Assembly: GCA_964016885.1 (NCBI GenBank)
Contig: OZ024760.1
Location: forward strand, 13,826,001 to 13,890,000
DNA: 64,000 nt
Source of the DNA: Eledone cirrhosa
Lineage: Eukaryota
Reading direction: 5' to 3'
Shown: positions 12,880-25,800 of the stretch, one piece after another
How the letters are laid out: every line of letters begins with the position of its first letter
Numbering within the stretch: position 1 is the stretch's first letter
Position numbers and translations under genes: made by a program
Notes under the pieces: model-generated
What the model was told of the DNA's origin: nothing
Databases searched by the model: none
What the model saw: the letters and a program-made list of their open reading frames with translations, nothing else

Positions 12880-14400
12880 AAAGCAATTATATTTTTCTTT
12901 GACTGTATTTAGCCACTGAAGAATGGGTGTAGCTCCTTGGAGCACTCCAACCAATAATTCGAAGAACCATCGGGTGTAATGACTTTGGCTTTAGTGTTCG
13001 TGTAGAGCAGTGATACTTTTGTATTCCACAAGATCTTGATCAGGTAGTGACGATCGACAGAATTATAGGCAATTTGCTTTAGCTCCCTCAAATATCTTCC
13101 TCAGCATCAGGATGTGACCGTTGGTTGATCTTTATCTCTGAAGCTGTTGTGGTTGTTTGAGCTTTTTGTCCATGCAGGGCTGGATTCTCTTTAGAATCAT
13201 CCTGTTGAGGGTCTTTGCCACAAGTGAGGTCCCCCTGTAGTTGTTTCTGTTAGAGAGATCTGCCTTCTTTGGCAGTGGCACGAAGTTACTGATCGTCCAC
13301 TTGTTCAGGGCAACTCGTTTCTCCAGTCCCTTTTTACAGATCTCCAAGATATGAAAATCACAACTCTACATGACCTGATGCCACTCGATTTTCTCCATGG
13401 GCCTTGCCCTCCTTTATCTTCTTTTTTTGCTCTCTGAAGCTCCTCTCTGGCAAAGGGTCCTGTCTCAATATCCAGTTATTGTAACAGCCACCTGATCTGC
13501 CCAGTGTTCTTGGCTGTGGAGGGCATCTCATAGTTGTGTTCTAAAATGGTCCAGCCATTTCCTTTTTCCTATCCTCTGGATCTGTTTCCTTGATCTGACC
13601 TTTCCTCCATGTGATCTCGTTGATCATCCAACTGTCAACCGTTCTCTTAACACTTTTAGTGCCTCCTCTCTGGCGTCAGTGTAAGCGGTACAGAGTGCTT
13701 CCCTCATCACCTCCACTGTGTCCATCCTCTCCATAGGATCAGCACAGAATTGGTCCTTGGCAGGCTGCACACACCTTTGGGTCTGCAGAACTGACATGCT
13801 TCTTCTTCTTTCTCCTCAGCATCAGTGTCTCACTTGCTTCTGCTACTGCATTGTTCAAGTAGCCGTACCTCTTTGTTAAACTCTCTACAAAGAGCACTGA
13901 ACCTGTTGCTCACTTCTCCTGTGAACCTCTTCTGTAGCTTATGTTCATTGAAAGTTCCCCAGTCATAGATTATACTGTTGGTGTAGCCTTGCTCTTTCTT
14001 AAGCTCACCCGGACCTCACTCATAACAAGCATGTGTCCACTGTCCCAGTGTACTGAAATAGTTGTATGGTTCTGTGTTGAGAACACTATTGCGCTGCTTT
14101 TTCCTCACCAGAAAGAAATCAATCTAGGTCTTGGTCCACATCTTTTCTGGATTCTTCCTTAACGTTAGGTTGGTTGCCATCAAGTTTGCATCCAGCATGG
14201 CGTCTGTCGGTAGTCTTCCATTTCGGTTGGTGTTAGGGAATTACCAGCGCGGATCTTCACTGCTCTCCTTACTCAGATGTGCATAGAAGTCCCTCAGAAG
14301 AATGATGTTTTGAGCTTGTGTGGTGTTGACAGCTCTACACATCTCATGAAATTCCTCTGCATTCACATCACTGTCTCCCTTGGTAGAACTATAAGCTGAT
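12880..14400 (-). mobile_element. RTE-clade LINE fragment A (endonuclease-to-RT region), decayed; also in units 2 (18060-18725, deleted) and 3 (22480-24000)
   Basis: KWTISNFVPLPKKADLSNRNNYRGTSLVAKTLNRMILKRIQP and LLYTNTKAKVITPDG...GVLQG motifs, with multiple stops and frameshifts. Confidence 0.8.
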
Positions 14401-15365
14401 ATCCGGTTTTAAATTCCTGTTATTGCCTGCAGGACTATGATAAAAAGGAGAGGGCTAAGAACAGCCCTGGTGTACACGGACCTGCATGCTAAATTCCTCG
14501 CTCTAATCATTGATAACCCTAACTTTGCTGATTGTTTCTTTATACATGGCTTGTACAGCCCTCATAAGCCATTCATCTACTTTTAATTTTCCAAGAGCCG
14601 ACCGTATTATAGCATGGTGGACTCTGTCGAAGGCTTTTTCCATTTCGACAAATGCCAGGTAGAGTGGCTTACTTTTAGCTAGGTACTAATCAACTGTGCT
14701 ATAACTCTTTACGTTACTTTCATGATCTGGTCCATCAGCTTTATACCTCTCTAGTTTCCTCTATCTAGTGCATCACCTTTACCTTTGTATCAGTTGACCA
14801 TGATGCTGCTGCACGAATCGTTTAGTATTATCTAGTTAACATTACTTGTGGTTATGGTCTGATCTACTGACCCAGATGCCTTGAGCATCTCGGCAACTAT
14901 ACCCGATGGACCGGTTGCCTTCCCCGTCTTCATATCTTTGATTGCCATACTATATTGCTGCTGACTTGTTCTGCTAGCCCCTCTATAGGGTTCACTTTGG
15001 GTATGGTATCTTTTTCCCATGCATTCTCCCCATTTAGTAATCTTTCATACTGGCTCTTCCATGCATCTCCTCAGAAATTGTGAGTGCAATCTGACCTTTA
15101 TCATTCTGGATACACTTTTGTCCAATGACATCACAATTCTCTCTGACACACTGCCTCGTAATCTCGAACACCTGTTTCTGTTCCTCGTGTTGCAAAAGAT
15201 GCTTGAAATTCCTATCCTCTACCTCCCTTCTAGCTAAGTATACTTGTCGCCTAGCTTCGCTCCTGGTCTCTCTGTAATGTGCCCTGTTTTTCCATTCTTT
15301 CCATGCCTGTCTCTTAGCCTTAATTGCCTCATCTACCATATTGTTCTACCACCAAGTGACTCTCC
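14400..15365 (-). mobile_element. RTE/BovB-like LINE fragment B (linker plus N-terminal RT); also 18725-19780 and 24000-25075
   Basis: WW..VDEAIKAKRQAWKEWK; AIKDMKTGKATGPSGIVAEMLKASG; FVRQLQEKYLAKSKPLYLAFVEMEKAFDRV...IWWALRK; GVHQG. Confidence 0.8.
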
Positions 15366-15439
15366 TAATCCATGTATATATCTTTTTATCATTATCTTTT
15401 TCTCAAATATCCACACATGACGACACACATGCAAATATT

Positions 15440-16015
15440 ATGCATGGATATGTTAACTGGTAGCTGGAGAGAGAATAATATAGATGATAAAAGTCTATCT
15501 TCAGCAACAAGTGCTATATTGTCTCCCATGTTGAAAGATATTATTTTACAAGATAAGAACTTGAAACTAAGACTAACTGATGTATAGAATAGAATAGAAA
15601 GACCTAGATGTGAAAAGAAGTGGAAATTGTGCAGATTGAAGATTGAAGATGTGACCGATGTGAAGAAACTGGAAAGATGTGTCGAAAAGAGTGAAGAATG
15701 CATTCCGTAGGAAAGACATCCCCGAGAGTGAACATTTGAAGCTAGAGCAAGGTTTTAAGAGTTAGAAAGAGTAGTTGTTGATTGTTCCTGTGAAAAGCAA
15801 CGAAGTGCAAGCATAACAGACGAGACAAGAATGCAGACCCAGCAGTCGGAGTTAAGCAGTGAAGCAGATGCCAATATAATATTAAATATTAGAGAATCAG
15901 TTTGTTCTTATTTCATGTTTTATTGCGAAATGGTATTGTTGAAAGCTAAAGACAATATAGCGTTTGTTGAATATGATGTAAACTTTCTATGCAGAAATAA
16001 GGAAACATTTGCACA
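15440..16015 (+). pseudogene. Possible decayed coding sequence (charged, coiled-coil-like) repeated in the array
   Basis: ORFs 15372-15587 and 15831-16028 are in the same frame and join through LKDIILQDKNLKLRLTDV*NRIERPRCEKKWKLCRLKIEDVTDVKKLERCVEKSEEC... with four internal stops. A diverged paralogue lies at ~12290-12700 in each unit. No family recognised. Confidence 0.3.
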
Positions 16016-16019
16016 GTCA

Positions 16020-16830
16020 TCTTCATAATCATATGTTCGCTTTCAAGTGTGGGACATGTACTATTGAGCACCGCCTCTCCACTTATACCGGTCGTTGGTC
16101 ACCTCGTTGGTGATCGTTAGCGATTTGAGGTCTGCTCTCACCACCCGTCTATGTTTTTCCTAGTCTTCCTTCTACTGGAATTACTTGGCACATGTTTACC
16201 CAGCAAACCATCTTATTCTTCTCTCCTGCACATAACTCATACCCATTTTCTCTCTCAACTCATCTCTGCTTGATGGTTGACGAACATCTAACGGAGCATG
16301 CTTCCTTCATTTCTTTGCCAGCCTTGGCATATTCTCTGCAATTGCTGGCCATGTCTCACTTCTTCCAACCCATCTTTATTGTAGATATTATGGCCTCGTA
16401 GTAGCCTCCTCTCTTTCTAATCTGCTCATCTGTATAGAACCCACCTTCATTTGAAAACTGTTTCTATCACTGTCACTTCTACTGTGAAATTTCTCTGTAC
16501 ATGTAGTTTTCACTACCTGTTTGCTTGCTATCCCACTACATATGTGAGTACCCCAGATGTGCATTGCGTATATTTTATAGAATTTATCCCAACTCCTTTT
16601 CAACATAGGGAGCATGTCCTCTTGCTTCCAACTACTGTTTCCATAGACAGCATTTCTTCTTTAGCTTGTTTACTGATTCTGCTATAAGAACCAGATCGTC
16701 ATGGACAGCTAGTTTTAAACTCATCTGTTACTGACAGCACCTCTGTACAAAGCCTGCACTGCCCTCACAAGACATTCCCCAACACCTAGTTTGGTTAGGC
16801 ACCACCAGATGACAGATCATGGTACCCTAC
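16020..16830 (-). mobile_element. RTE/BovB-like LINE fragment C (RT C-terminal half to 3' end); also 20410-21260 and 25720-26550
   Basis: Minus-strand translation GRVP..VIWWCLTKLGVGECLVRAVQALY...DDLVLIAESV, followed by an RTE-like C-terminus and a tga-rich tail. Confidence 0.65.
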
Positions 16831-19800
16831 CAAAGGAGTTGTCTGTCAACAAAATTAATTGCTAAGATGGATTACATTGCCACCGGTTATATTTTATATA
16901 TTTCCTAAGACTCGTTTGATTAAAAAGCTTAATTTTTATTTCTTTTTACTATTAGTTGTAGCTCTTATAAGTTTAGCTCGATTGCCAGCGTTGAAATAGT
17001 TGCGCTTTAGTTGTGATGTAGGTGTTGCAAGTTCCGGCTGTAAGTCGGGGGTGTAGTATATTGTGATGTATGTGTACATATGTCTGTGTATGTATACACG
17101 TACACATGTGTGTAGTGTTTTTGTGTTTATACGTCTACAAAAGTATATGCAACATTTCAATTAGCAAAGGGAGATTACTCTTTGATTTTTTTAATAAAAA
17201 TAAGAGTTGTTTTCCCTGTTAGCAGGAAATTTAGTTGTTTGATAAAACTGAATTGTGAAGGCTGGTTGTCTCGGTCAGTGCTAAGTGTCTGCTGAAGACT
17301 AGACATCTAAATTACGATATATAAGTACACACATGCATGCATGGATATGTTGCCAAGGAGCTGTCGAGTGATTATAATGTAGATAAGCAAAATATATGAA
17401 CACTCGCTATATTATCTCGCACTTTTATGGATATGTTTTTGCAATATAAGAATAGGAAACGAAAATCTAATTCACTGAATACAATATGATGCAGGCAAAA
17501 GATGTTGAAATTGTGCCGAATTAAGATTGAAAATTTGACCGATGTGGAGCAGCTGTGGAAAATGTGCATGATGTAGTGAAGAATGCAGTGGGTAGAAAAG
17601 ACATCCCCGAGAATAAACAAGAGTAATTGGTGATTGTTGCAGTGAAAATCAATGAAGTACAAGCATAACAGACGAGAGAGAAGAATGCAGGCCCAGCAGT
17701 TGGAGTTCGCTGCCAAGCAGATGCCAATAGAATATAAAATATTATGGAATCGGATAGTTTATTGATTCCCTGTTTTATTGCAAAAGCGAATCCTTTAAAG
17801 TGCGAGACTATAGTGTTTGTCGTTGATGTATTTTTATCTATATTACTCTGCGTAAATACTGAATTTATGAGATGCCCGACCCTACATAAGCCCACAAACA
17901 GGCCTTCAACAGTAAAAATTGTCCTTTGTTAAAAAGAAATTTTTTTCTTAATATAATTACGTTTATCTGCTGGATTGGTTATTAACCATTTTTGTAGGAG
18001 GGGATTTTGTTAGTGGTGTGTTACCTTCGCTGACTTAACTCTCTGAGAAAGAAGAGCAATTTTGATATTTTTCTTTGACTGTATTTAGCCACTGAAGAAT
18101 GGGTGTAGCTCCTTGGAGCACTCCCAACCAATAATTCGAAGAACCACCGGGTGTAATGACTTTGGCTTTAGTGTTCGTGTAGAGCAGTGATACTTTTGTA
18201 TTCCACAAAAATCTTGATCAGGCAGTGACGATCGTCAGAATTATAGGCAATTTGCTTTAGCTCCCTCAAATATCTTCATCAGGATGTGACCGTTGGTTGA
18301 TCTTTATCTCTGAAGCTGTTGTGGTTGTTTTAGCTTTTTGTCCATGTAGGGCTGGATTCTCTTAAGAATCACACCCTGTTGAGGGTCTTTGCCACAAGTG
18401 AGGTCCCCCTGTAGTTGGTGTTAGAGAGATCTGCCTTCTTTGGCAGTGGCACGAAGTTACTGATCGTCCACTGGTTCAGGGCAACTCGTTTCTCCAGAAC
18501 TCCAAGATATGAAAATCACAACTCTACATGACCTGTAGCCACTCGATTTTCTCCATGGGCCTTGCCCTCCATTATCTTCTTTTTTTGCTCTCTGAAGTTC
18601 CTCTCTGGCAAAGGGTCCTGTCTCAATATGCAGTTTTTGTAACAGCCACCTGATATGCCCAGTGTTCTTGGCTGTGGAGGGCATCTCATAGTTGTGTACT
18701 AAAATGGTCTAGACTATAATCTGACATCCGGTTTTAAATTCCTGTTATTGCCTGCAGGACTATGATAAAAAGGAGAGGGCTAAGAACAGCCCTGGTGTAC
18801 ACCGACCTGCATGCTAAATTCCTCGCTCTAGTCATTGATAACCCTAACTTTGCTTGCTGATTGTTTCTTTATACATGGCTTGTACAGCCCTCATAAGCTA
18901 TTCATCTACTTCAAATTTTCTAAGAGCCCACCAGATTATAGCATGGTGGACTCTGTCGAAGGCTTTTTCCATTTCGACAAATGCCAGGTAGAGCGGCTTA
19001 CTTTTAGCTAGGTACTTTTCCTGTAACTGCCTCACAAAGGTGAGGACATGAGTGGTGCCTTTTTTTTTGTACAAAGCATAATTGCATATCATGTATTTTC
19101 ACCCTGTTCCTAATCAACTGTGCTCCAACTCTTTGTTACTTTCATGACCTGGTCCATCAGCTTTATACCTCTATAGTTTCCTCTATCTAGTGCATCACTT
19201 TTACCTTTGTATCAGTTGACCATGATGCTGCTGCACGAATCGTTTGGTACGACGCCCTTTAGTATTACCTAGTTAACAAACGTGTGGTTATGGTCTGATC
19301 TACCGACCCAGATGCCTTGAGCATCTCGGCAGCTATACACGATAGACCGGTTGCCTTCCCGTCTTCATATCTTTGATTGTCATACTACATTGCTGCTGAC
19401 TTGTTCTGCTAGCCCCTCTATAGGGTTCACTTTGGGTATGGTATTTTTTTCCCATACATTCTCCTCATTTAGTAATCTTTCATACTGGGTCTTCCACGCA
19501 TCTTCTCAGCACTTGTGAGTGCAAGCTGACTTTTTTATCATTCTGGATACACTTTTGTCCAATGACATCACAATTCTCTCTGGAACACCTGTTTCTGTTC
19601 CTCGTGTTGCAAAAGATGCTTGAATTTCCTATCCTCTACCTTCCTTCTAGCTAAGTATACTTGTCGCCTAGCTTTGCTCCTGGTCTCTCTGTAATGTGCC
19701 CTGTTTTTCCATTCTTTCCATGCCTGTCTCTTAGCCTTAACTGCCTCATCTACCATATTGTTCTACCACCAAGTCACTCTCCTCATCCATGTATATATCT

Positions 19801-22800
19801 TTTTATCATCCTTTTCTCAAATATCCACACATGACGACACACATGCAAATATTATGCATGGATATGTTAACTGGTAGCTGGAGAGAGAATAATATAGATG
19901 ATAAAAGTCTATCTTCAGCAACAAGTGCTATATTGTCTCCCATGTTGAAAGATATTATTTTACAATATAAGAACTTGAAACTAAGACTAACTGATGTATA
20001 GAATAGAAAGACCTAGATGTGCAAAGAAGTGGAAATTGTGCAGATTGAAGATTGAAGATTTGACCGATGTGAAGAAACTGGAAAGATGTGTCGAAAAGAG
20101 TGAAGAATGCAGTCCATAGGAAAGACATCCCCGAGAGCTAGAGCAAGGTTTTAAGAGTTAGAAAGAGTAGATGTTGATTGTTCCTGTGAAAAGCAACGAA
20201 GTGCAAGCATAACAGACGAGACAAGAATGCAGACCCAGCAGTCGGAGTTAAGCAGCGAAGCAGATGCCAATATAATATTAAATATTAGAGAATCGGTTTG
20301 TTCTTATTTCATGTTTTATTGCGAAATGGTATTGTTGAAAGCTAAAGACAATATAGCGTTTGTTGAAGATGATGTATACTTTCTATGCAGAAATAAGGAA
20401 ACATTTGCAGTCATCTTCATAATCATACGTTCGCTTTCAAGTGTGGGACATGTACTATTGAGCACCGCCTCTCCACTTATACCGGTCGTTGGTCACCTCG
20501 TTGGTGATCGTTAGCGATTTGAGGTCTGCTTTCACCACCCGTCTGTTTTTCCTAGTCTTCCTTCTACTGGAATTACTTGGCACATGTTTACCCAGCAAAC
20601 CATCTTATTCTTCTCTCCTGCACATAACTCATACCCATTTTCTCTCTCAACTCATCTCTGCTCGGTCGTCGGCGCACATCCAACGGAGCATGCTTCCTTC
20701 ATTTCTTTGCCAGCCTTGGCATATTCTCTGCAATTGCTGGCCATGTCTCACTTCTTCCAACCCATCCTTATTGTAGATATTATGGCCTCGTAGTAGCCTC
20801 CTCTCTTTCTAATCTGCTCATCTGTATAGAACCCACCTTCATTTGAAAACTGTTTCTATCACTGTCACTTCTACTGTGAAATTTCTCTGTACATGTAGTT
20901 TTCACTACCTGTTTGCTTGCTATCCCACTACATATGTTGAGTACCCCAGATGTGCATTGTGTATATTTTATAGAATTTATCCCAACTCTTTTTCAACATA
21001 GGGAGCATGTCCTCTTTTCTATGTTTTTATTCTGTCCTCTTGCTTCCAACTACTGTTTCCATAGACAGCATTTCTTCTTTAGCTTCTTTACTGATTCTGC
21101 TATAAGAACCAGATCGTCATGGACAGCTAGTTTTAAACGCATCTGTTACTGACAGCACCTCTGTACAAAGCCTGCACTGCCCTCACAAGACATTCCCCAA
21201 CACCTAGTTTGGTTAGGCACCACCAGATGACAGATCATGGTACCCTACCAAAGGAGTTGTCTGTCAACAAAATTAATTGCTAAGATGGATTACATTGCCA
21301 CCGGTTATATTTTATATATTTCGTAAGACTCGTTTGATTAAAAAGCTTAATTTTTATTTCTTTTTACTATTAGTTGTAGCCCTTATAAGTTTAGCTAGAT
21401 TGCCAGCGTTGAAATAGTTGCGCTTTAGTTGTGATGTAGGTGTTGCAAGTTCCGGCTGTAAGTCGTGGGGGTGTAGTATATTGTCATGTATGTGTACATA
21501 TGTCTGTGTATGTATACACGTACACACATGTGTGTAGTGTTTTTGTGTTTATACGTCTACAAATGTATATGCAATATTTCAATTAGCAAAGGGAGATTAC
21601 TGTTTGAATTTTTTAATAAAAATAAGACTTGTTTCCCCTGTTAGCAGGAAATTTAGTTGTTTGATAAAACTGAATTGTCAAGGCTGGTTGTCTCGGTCAG
21701 TGCTAAGTGTCTGCTGAAGACTAGACATCGAAATTACGATATATAAGTACACACATGCATGCATGGATATGTTGCCAAGGAGCTGTCGAGTGATTATAAT
21801 GTAGATAATCAAAATATATGAACACTCGCTATATTATCTCGCACTTTTATGGATATGTTTTTGCAATATAAGAATAGGAAACGAAGAAAAACTAATTGAC
21901 TGAATACTGTGTGATGCAGGCAAAAGATGTTGAAATTGTGCCGAATTAAGATTGAAAATTTGACCGCTGTGGAGCAGCTGTGGAAAATTTGCATGATGTA
22001 GTGAAGAATGCAGTGGGTAGAAAAGACATCCCCGAGAATAAACAAGAGTAATTGGTGATTGTTGCAGTGAAAATCAATGAAGTACAAGCATAACAGACGA
22101 GAGAGAAGAATGCAGGCCCAGCAGTTGGAGTTCGCTGCCAAGCAGATGCCAATATAATATAAAATATTATTGAATCAGATAGTTTATTGATTCCCTGTTT
22201 TATTGCAAAAGCGAATCCTTTAAAGTGCGAGACAATATAGTGTTTGTCGTTGATGTATTTTTATCTATATTACTCTGCGTAAATACGGAAAAATTTATGA
22301 GATGCCCGACCCTACATAAGCCCACAAACAGACATTCAACAGTAAATATTTAATTGTCCTATGTTTAAAAAGAAATTTTTTTTCTTAATATAATTGTTTA
22401 TCTGCTGGATTGGTCATTGACCATTTTAGTAGGAGAGGGGATTTTGTTAGTGGTGCGTTACCTTTGCTGACTTAACTCTGAGAAAGAAAAGCAATTATAT
22501 TTTTCTTTGACTGTATTTAGCCACTGAAGAATGGGTGTAGCGTAGCTCCTTGGAGCAATCCAAGCAGTAACTCGAAGAACCACCGGGTGTAATGACTTTG
22601 GCTTTAGTGTTCGTGTAGAGCAGTGATACTTTTGTATTCCACAAAAATCTTGATCAGGCAGTGACGATAGTCAGAATTATAGGCAATTTGCTCAAATATC
22701 TTCATCAAGATGTGACCGTTGGTTGATCTCTATCTGTGAAGCTGTTGTGGTTGTTTGAGCTTTTTGTCCATGCAGGGCTGGATTCTCTTTAGAATCATCT

Positions 22801-25800
22801 TGTTGAGGGTCTTTGCCACAAGTGAGGTCCCCCTGTAGTTGTTTCTGTTAGAGAGATCTGCCTTCTTTGGCAGTGGCACGAAGTTACTGATCGTCCACTT
22901 GTTCAGGGCAACTCGTTTCTCCAGTCCCTTTTTACAGATCTCCAAGATATGAAAATCACAACTCTACATGACCTGATGCCACTCGATTTTCTCCATGGGC
23001 CTTGCCCTCCTTTATCTTCTTTTTTTGCTCTCTGAAGCTCCTCTCTGGCAAAGGGTCCGGTCTCAATATCCAGTTATTGTAACAGCCACCTGATCTGCCC
23101 AGTGTTCTTGGCTGTGGAGGGCATCTCATAGTTGTGTTCTAAAATGGTCCAGCCATTTCCTTTTTCCTATCCTCTGGATCTGTTTCCTTGATCTGACCTT
23201 TCCTCCATGTGATCTCGTTGATCATCCAACTGTCAACCGTTCTCTTAACACTTTTAGTGCCTCCTCTCTGGCGTCAGTGTAAGCGGTACAGAGTGCTTCC
23301 CTCATCACCTCCACTGTGTCCATCCTCTCCATAGGATCAGCACAGAATTGGTCCTTGGCAGGCTGCACACACTTTTTGGTCTGCAGAACTGACATGCTTC
23401 CTCTTTCTCCTCAGCATCAGTGTCTCACTTGCTTCTGCTACTGCATTGTTCAAGTAGCCGTACCTCTTTGTCAAAATCTCCACACAGAGCACTGAACCTG
23501 TTGCTCACGTCTCCTGTGAACCTCTTCTGTAGCTTATGTTCCTTGAACGTTCCCCAGTCATAGATTATACTGTTGGTGTAGCCTTGCTCTTTCTTAAGCT
23601 CACTTGGACCTCACTCATAACAAGCATGTGTCCACTGTCACAGTGTACTGAAATAGTTGTATGGTTCTGTGTTGAGAACACTATTGTGCTGCTTTTTCCT
23701 CACCAGAAAGAAATCAATCTAGGTCTTGGTCCACATCTTTTCTGGATTCTCCCTTAACGTTAGGTTGGTTGCCATCAAGTTTGCATCCAGCATGGCGTCT
23801 GCCGGTAGTCTTCCATTTCGGTTGGTGTTAGGGAATTACCAGTGCGGATCTTCTCTGCTCTCCTTACTCAGATGTGCATAGAAGTCCCTCAGAAGAATGA
23901 TGTTTTGAGCTTGTGTGGTGTTGACAGCTCTACACATCTCCTCATGAAATTCCTCCGCATTCACATCACTGTCTCCCTTGGTAGGACTATAAGCTGATAT
24001 CCGGTTTTAAATTCCTGTTATTGCCTGCAGGACTATGATAAAAAAGAGAGGGCTAAGAACAGCCCTGGTGTACACCGACCGGCATGCTAAATTCCTCGCT
24101 CTAGTCATTGGTAACCCCAACTTTGCTGATTGTTTCTATATACATGGCTTGGTACAGCCCTCATAAGCTATTCATCTACATCTACTTCAAATTTTCTAAG
24201 AGCCGACCGGATTATAGCATGCTGGACTGTCGAAGGCTTTTTCCATTTCGACAAATGCCAGGTAGATTGGCTTACTTTTAGCTAGGTACTTTTCCTGTAA
24301 CTGCCTCACAAAGGTGAGGACATGAGTGGTGCCTTTTTTTTGTACAAAGCATAATTGCATATCATGTATTTTCACCCTGTTCCTAATCAACTGTGCTCTA
24401 ACTCTTTGTTACTTTCATGACCTGGTCCATCAGCTTTATACCTCTATAGTTTCCTCTATCTAGTGCATCACCTTTACCTTTGTATCAGTTGACCATGATG
24501 CTGCTGCACGAATGTTTTTGTACGACGCCCTTTAGTATTACCTAGTTAACAATACGTGTGGTTATGGTCTGATCTACCGACCCAGATGCCTTGAGCATCT
24601 CGGCAGCTATACCCGATAGACTGGTTGCCTTCCCCGTCTTCATATCTTTGATTGCCATACTACATTGCTGCTGACTTGTTCTGCTAGCCCCTCTATAGGG
24701 TTCACTTTGGGTATGGTATCTTTTTCCCATGCATTCTCCCCATTTAGTAATCTTTCATACTGGCTCTTCCACGCATCTCCTCAGAAATTGTGAGTGCAAG
24801 CTGACCTTTATCATTCTGGATACACTTTTGTCCAATGACATCACAATTCTCTCTGACACACTGCCTCATAATCTGGAACACCTGTTTCTGTTCCTCATGT
24901 TGCAAAAGATGCTTGAAATTCCTATCCTCTACCTCCCTTCTAGCTAAGTATACTTGTCGCCTAGCTTCGCCACTGGTCTCTATGTAATGTGCCCTGTTTT
25001 TCCATTCTTTCCATGCCTGTCTCTTAGCCTTAATTGCCTCATCTACCATATTGTTCTACCACCAAGTGACTCTCCTAATCCATGTATATATCTTTTTATC
25101 ATTATCCTTTTCTCAAATATACACACATGACGACACACATGCAAATATTATGCATGGATATGTTAACTGGTAGCTGGAGAGAGAATAATATAGATGATAA
25201 AAGTCTATCTTCAGCAACAAGTGCTATATTGTCTCCCATGTTGAAAGATATTATTTTACAATATAAGAACTTGAAACTAAGACTAACTGATGTATAGAAT
25301 AGAAAGACCTAGATGTGAAAAGAAGTGGAAATTGTGCAGATTGAAGATTGAAGATTTGACCGATGTGAAGAAACTGGAAAGGTGTGTCGAAAAGAGTGAA
25401 GAATGCAGTCCGTAGGAAAGACATCCCCGAGAGTGAACATTTGAAGCTAGAGCAAGGTTTTAAGAGTTAGAAAGAGTAGTTGTTGATTGTTCCTGTGAAA
25501 AGCAATGAAGTGCAAGCATAACAGACGAGACAAGAATGCAGACCCAGCAGTCGGAGATAAGCAGCGAAGCAGATGCCAATATAATAAATATTAGAGAATC
25601 AGTTTGTTCTTATTTCATGTTTTATTGCGAAATGGTATTGTTGAAAGCTAAAGACAATATAGCGTTTGTTGAAGATGATGTATACTTTCTATGCAGAAAT
25701 AAGGAAACATTTGCACAGTCATCTTCATAATCATACGTTCGCTTTCAAGTGTGGGACATGTACTATTGAGCACCGCCTCTCCACTTATACCGGTCGTTGG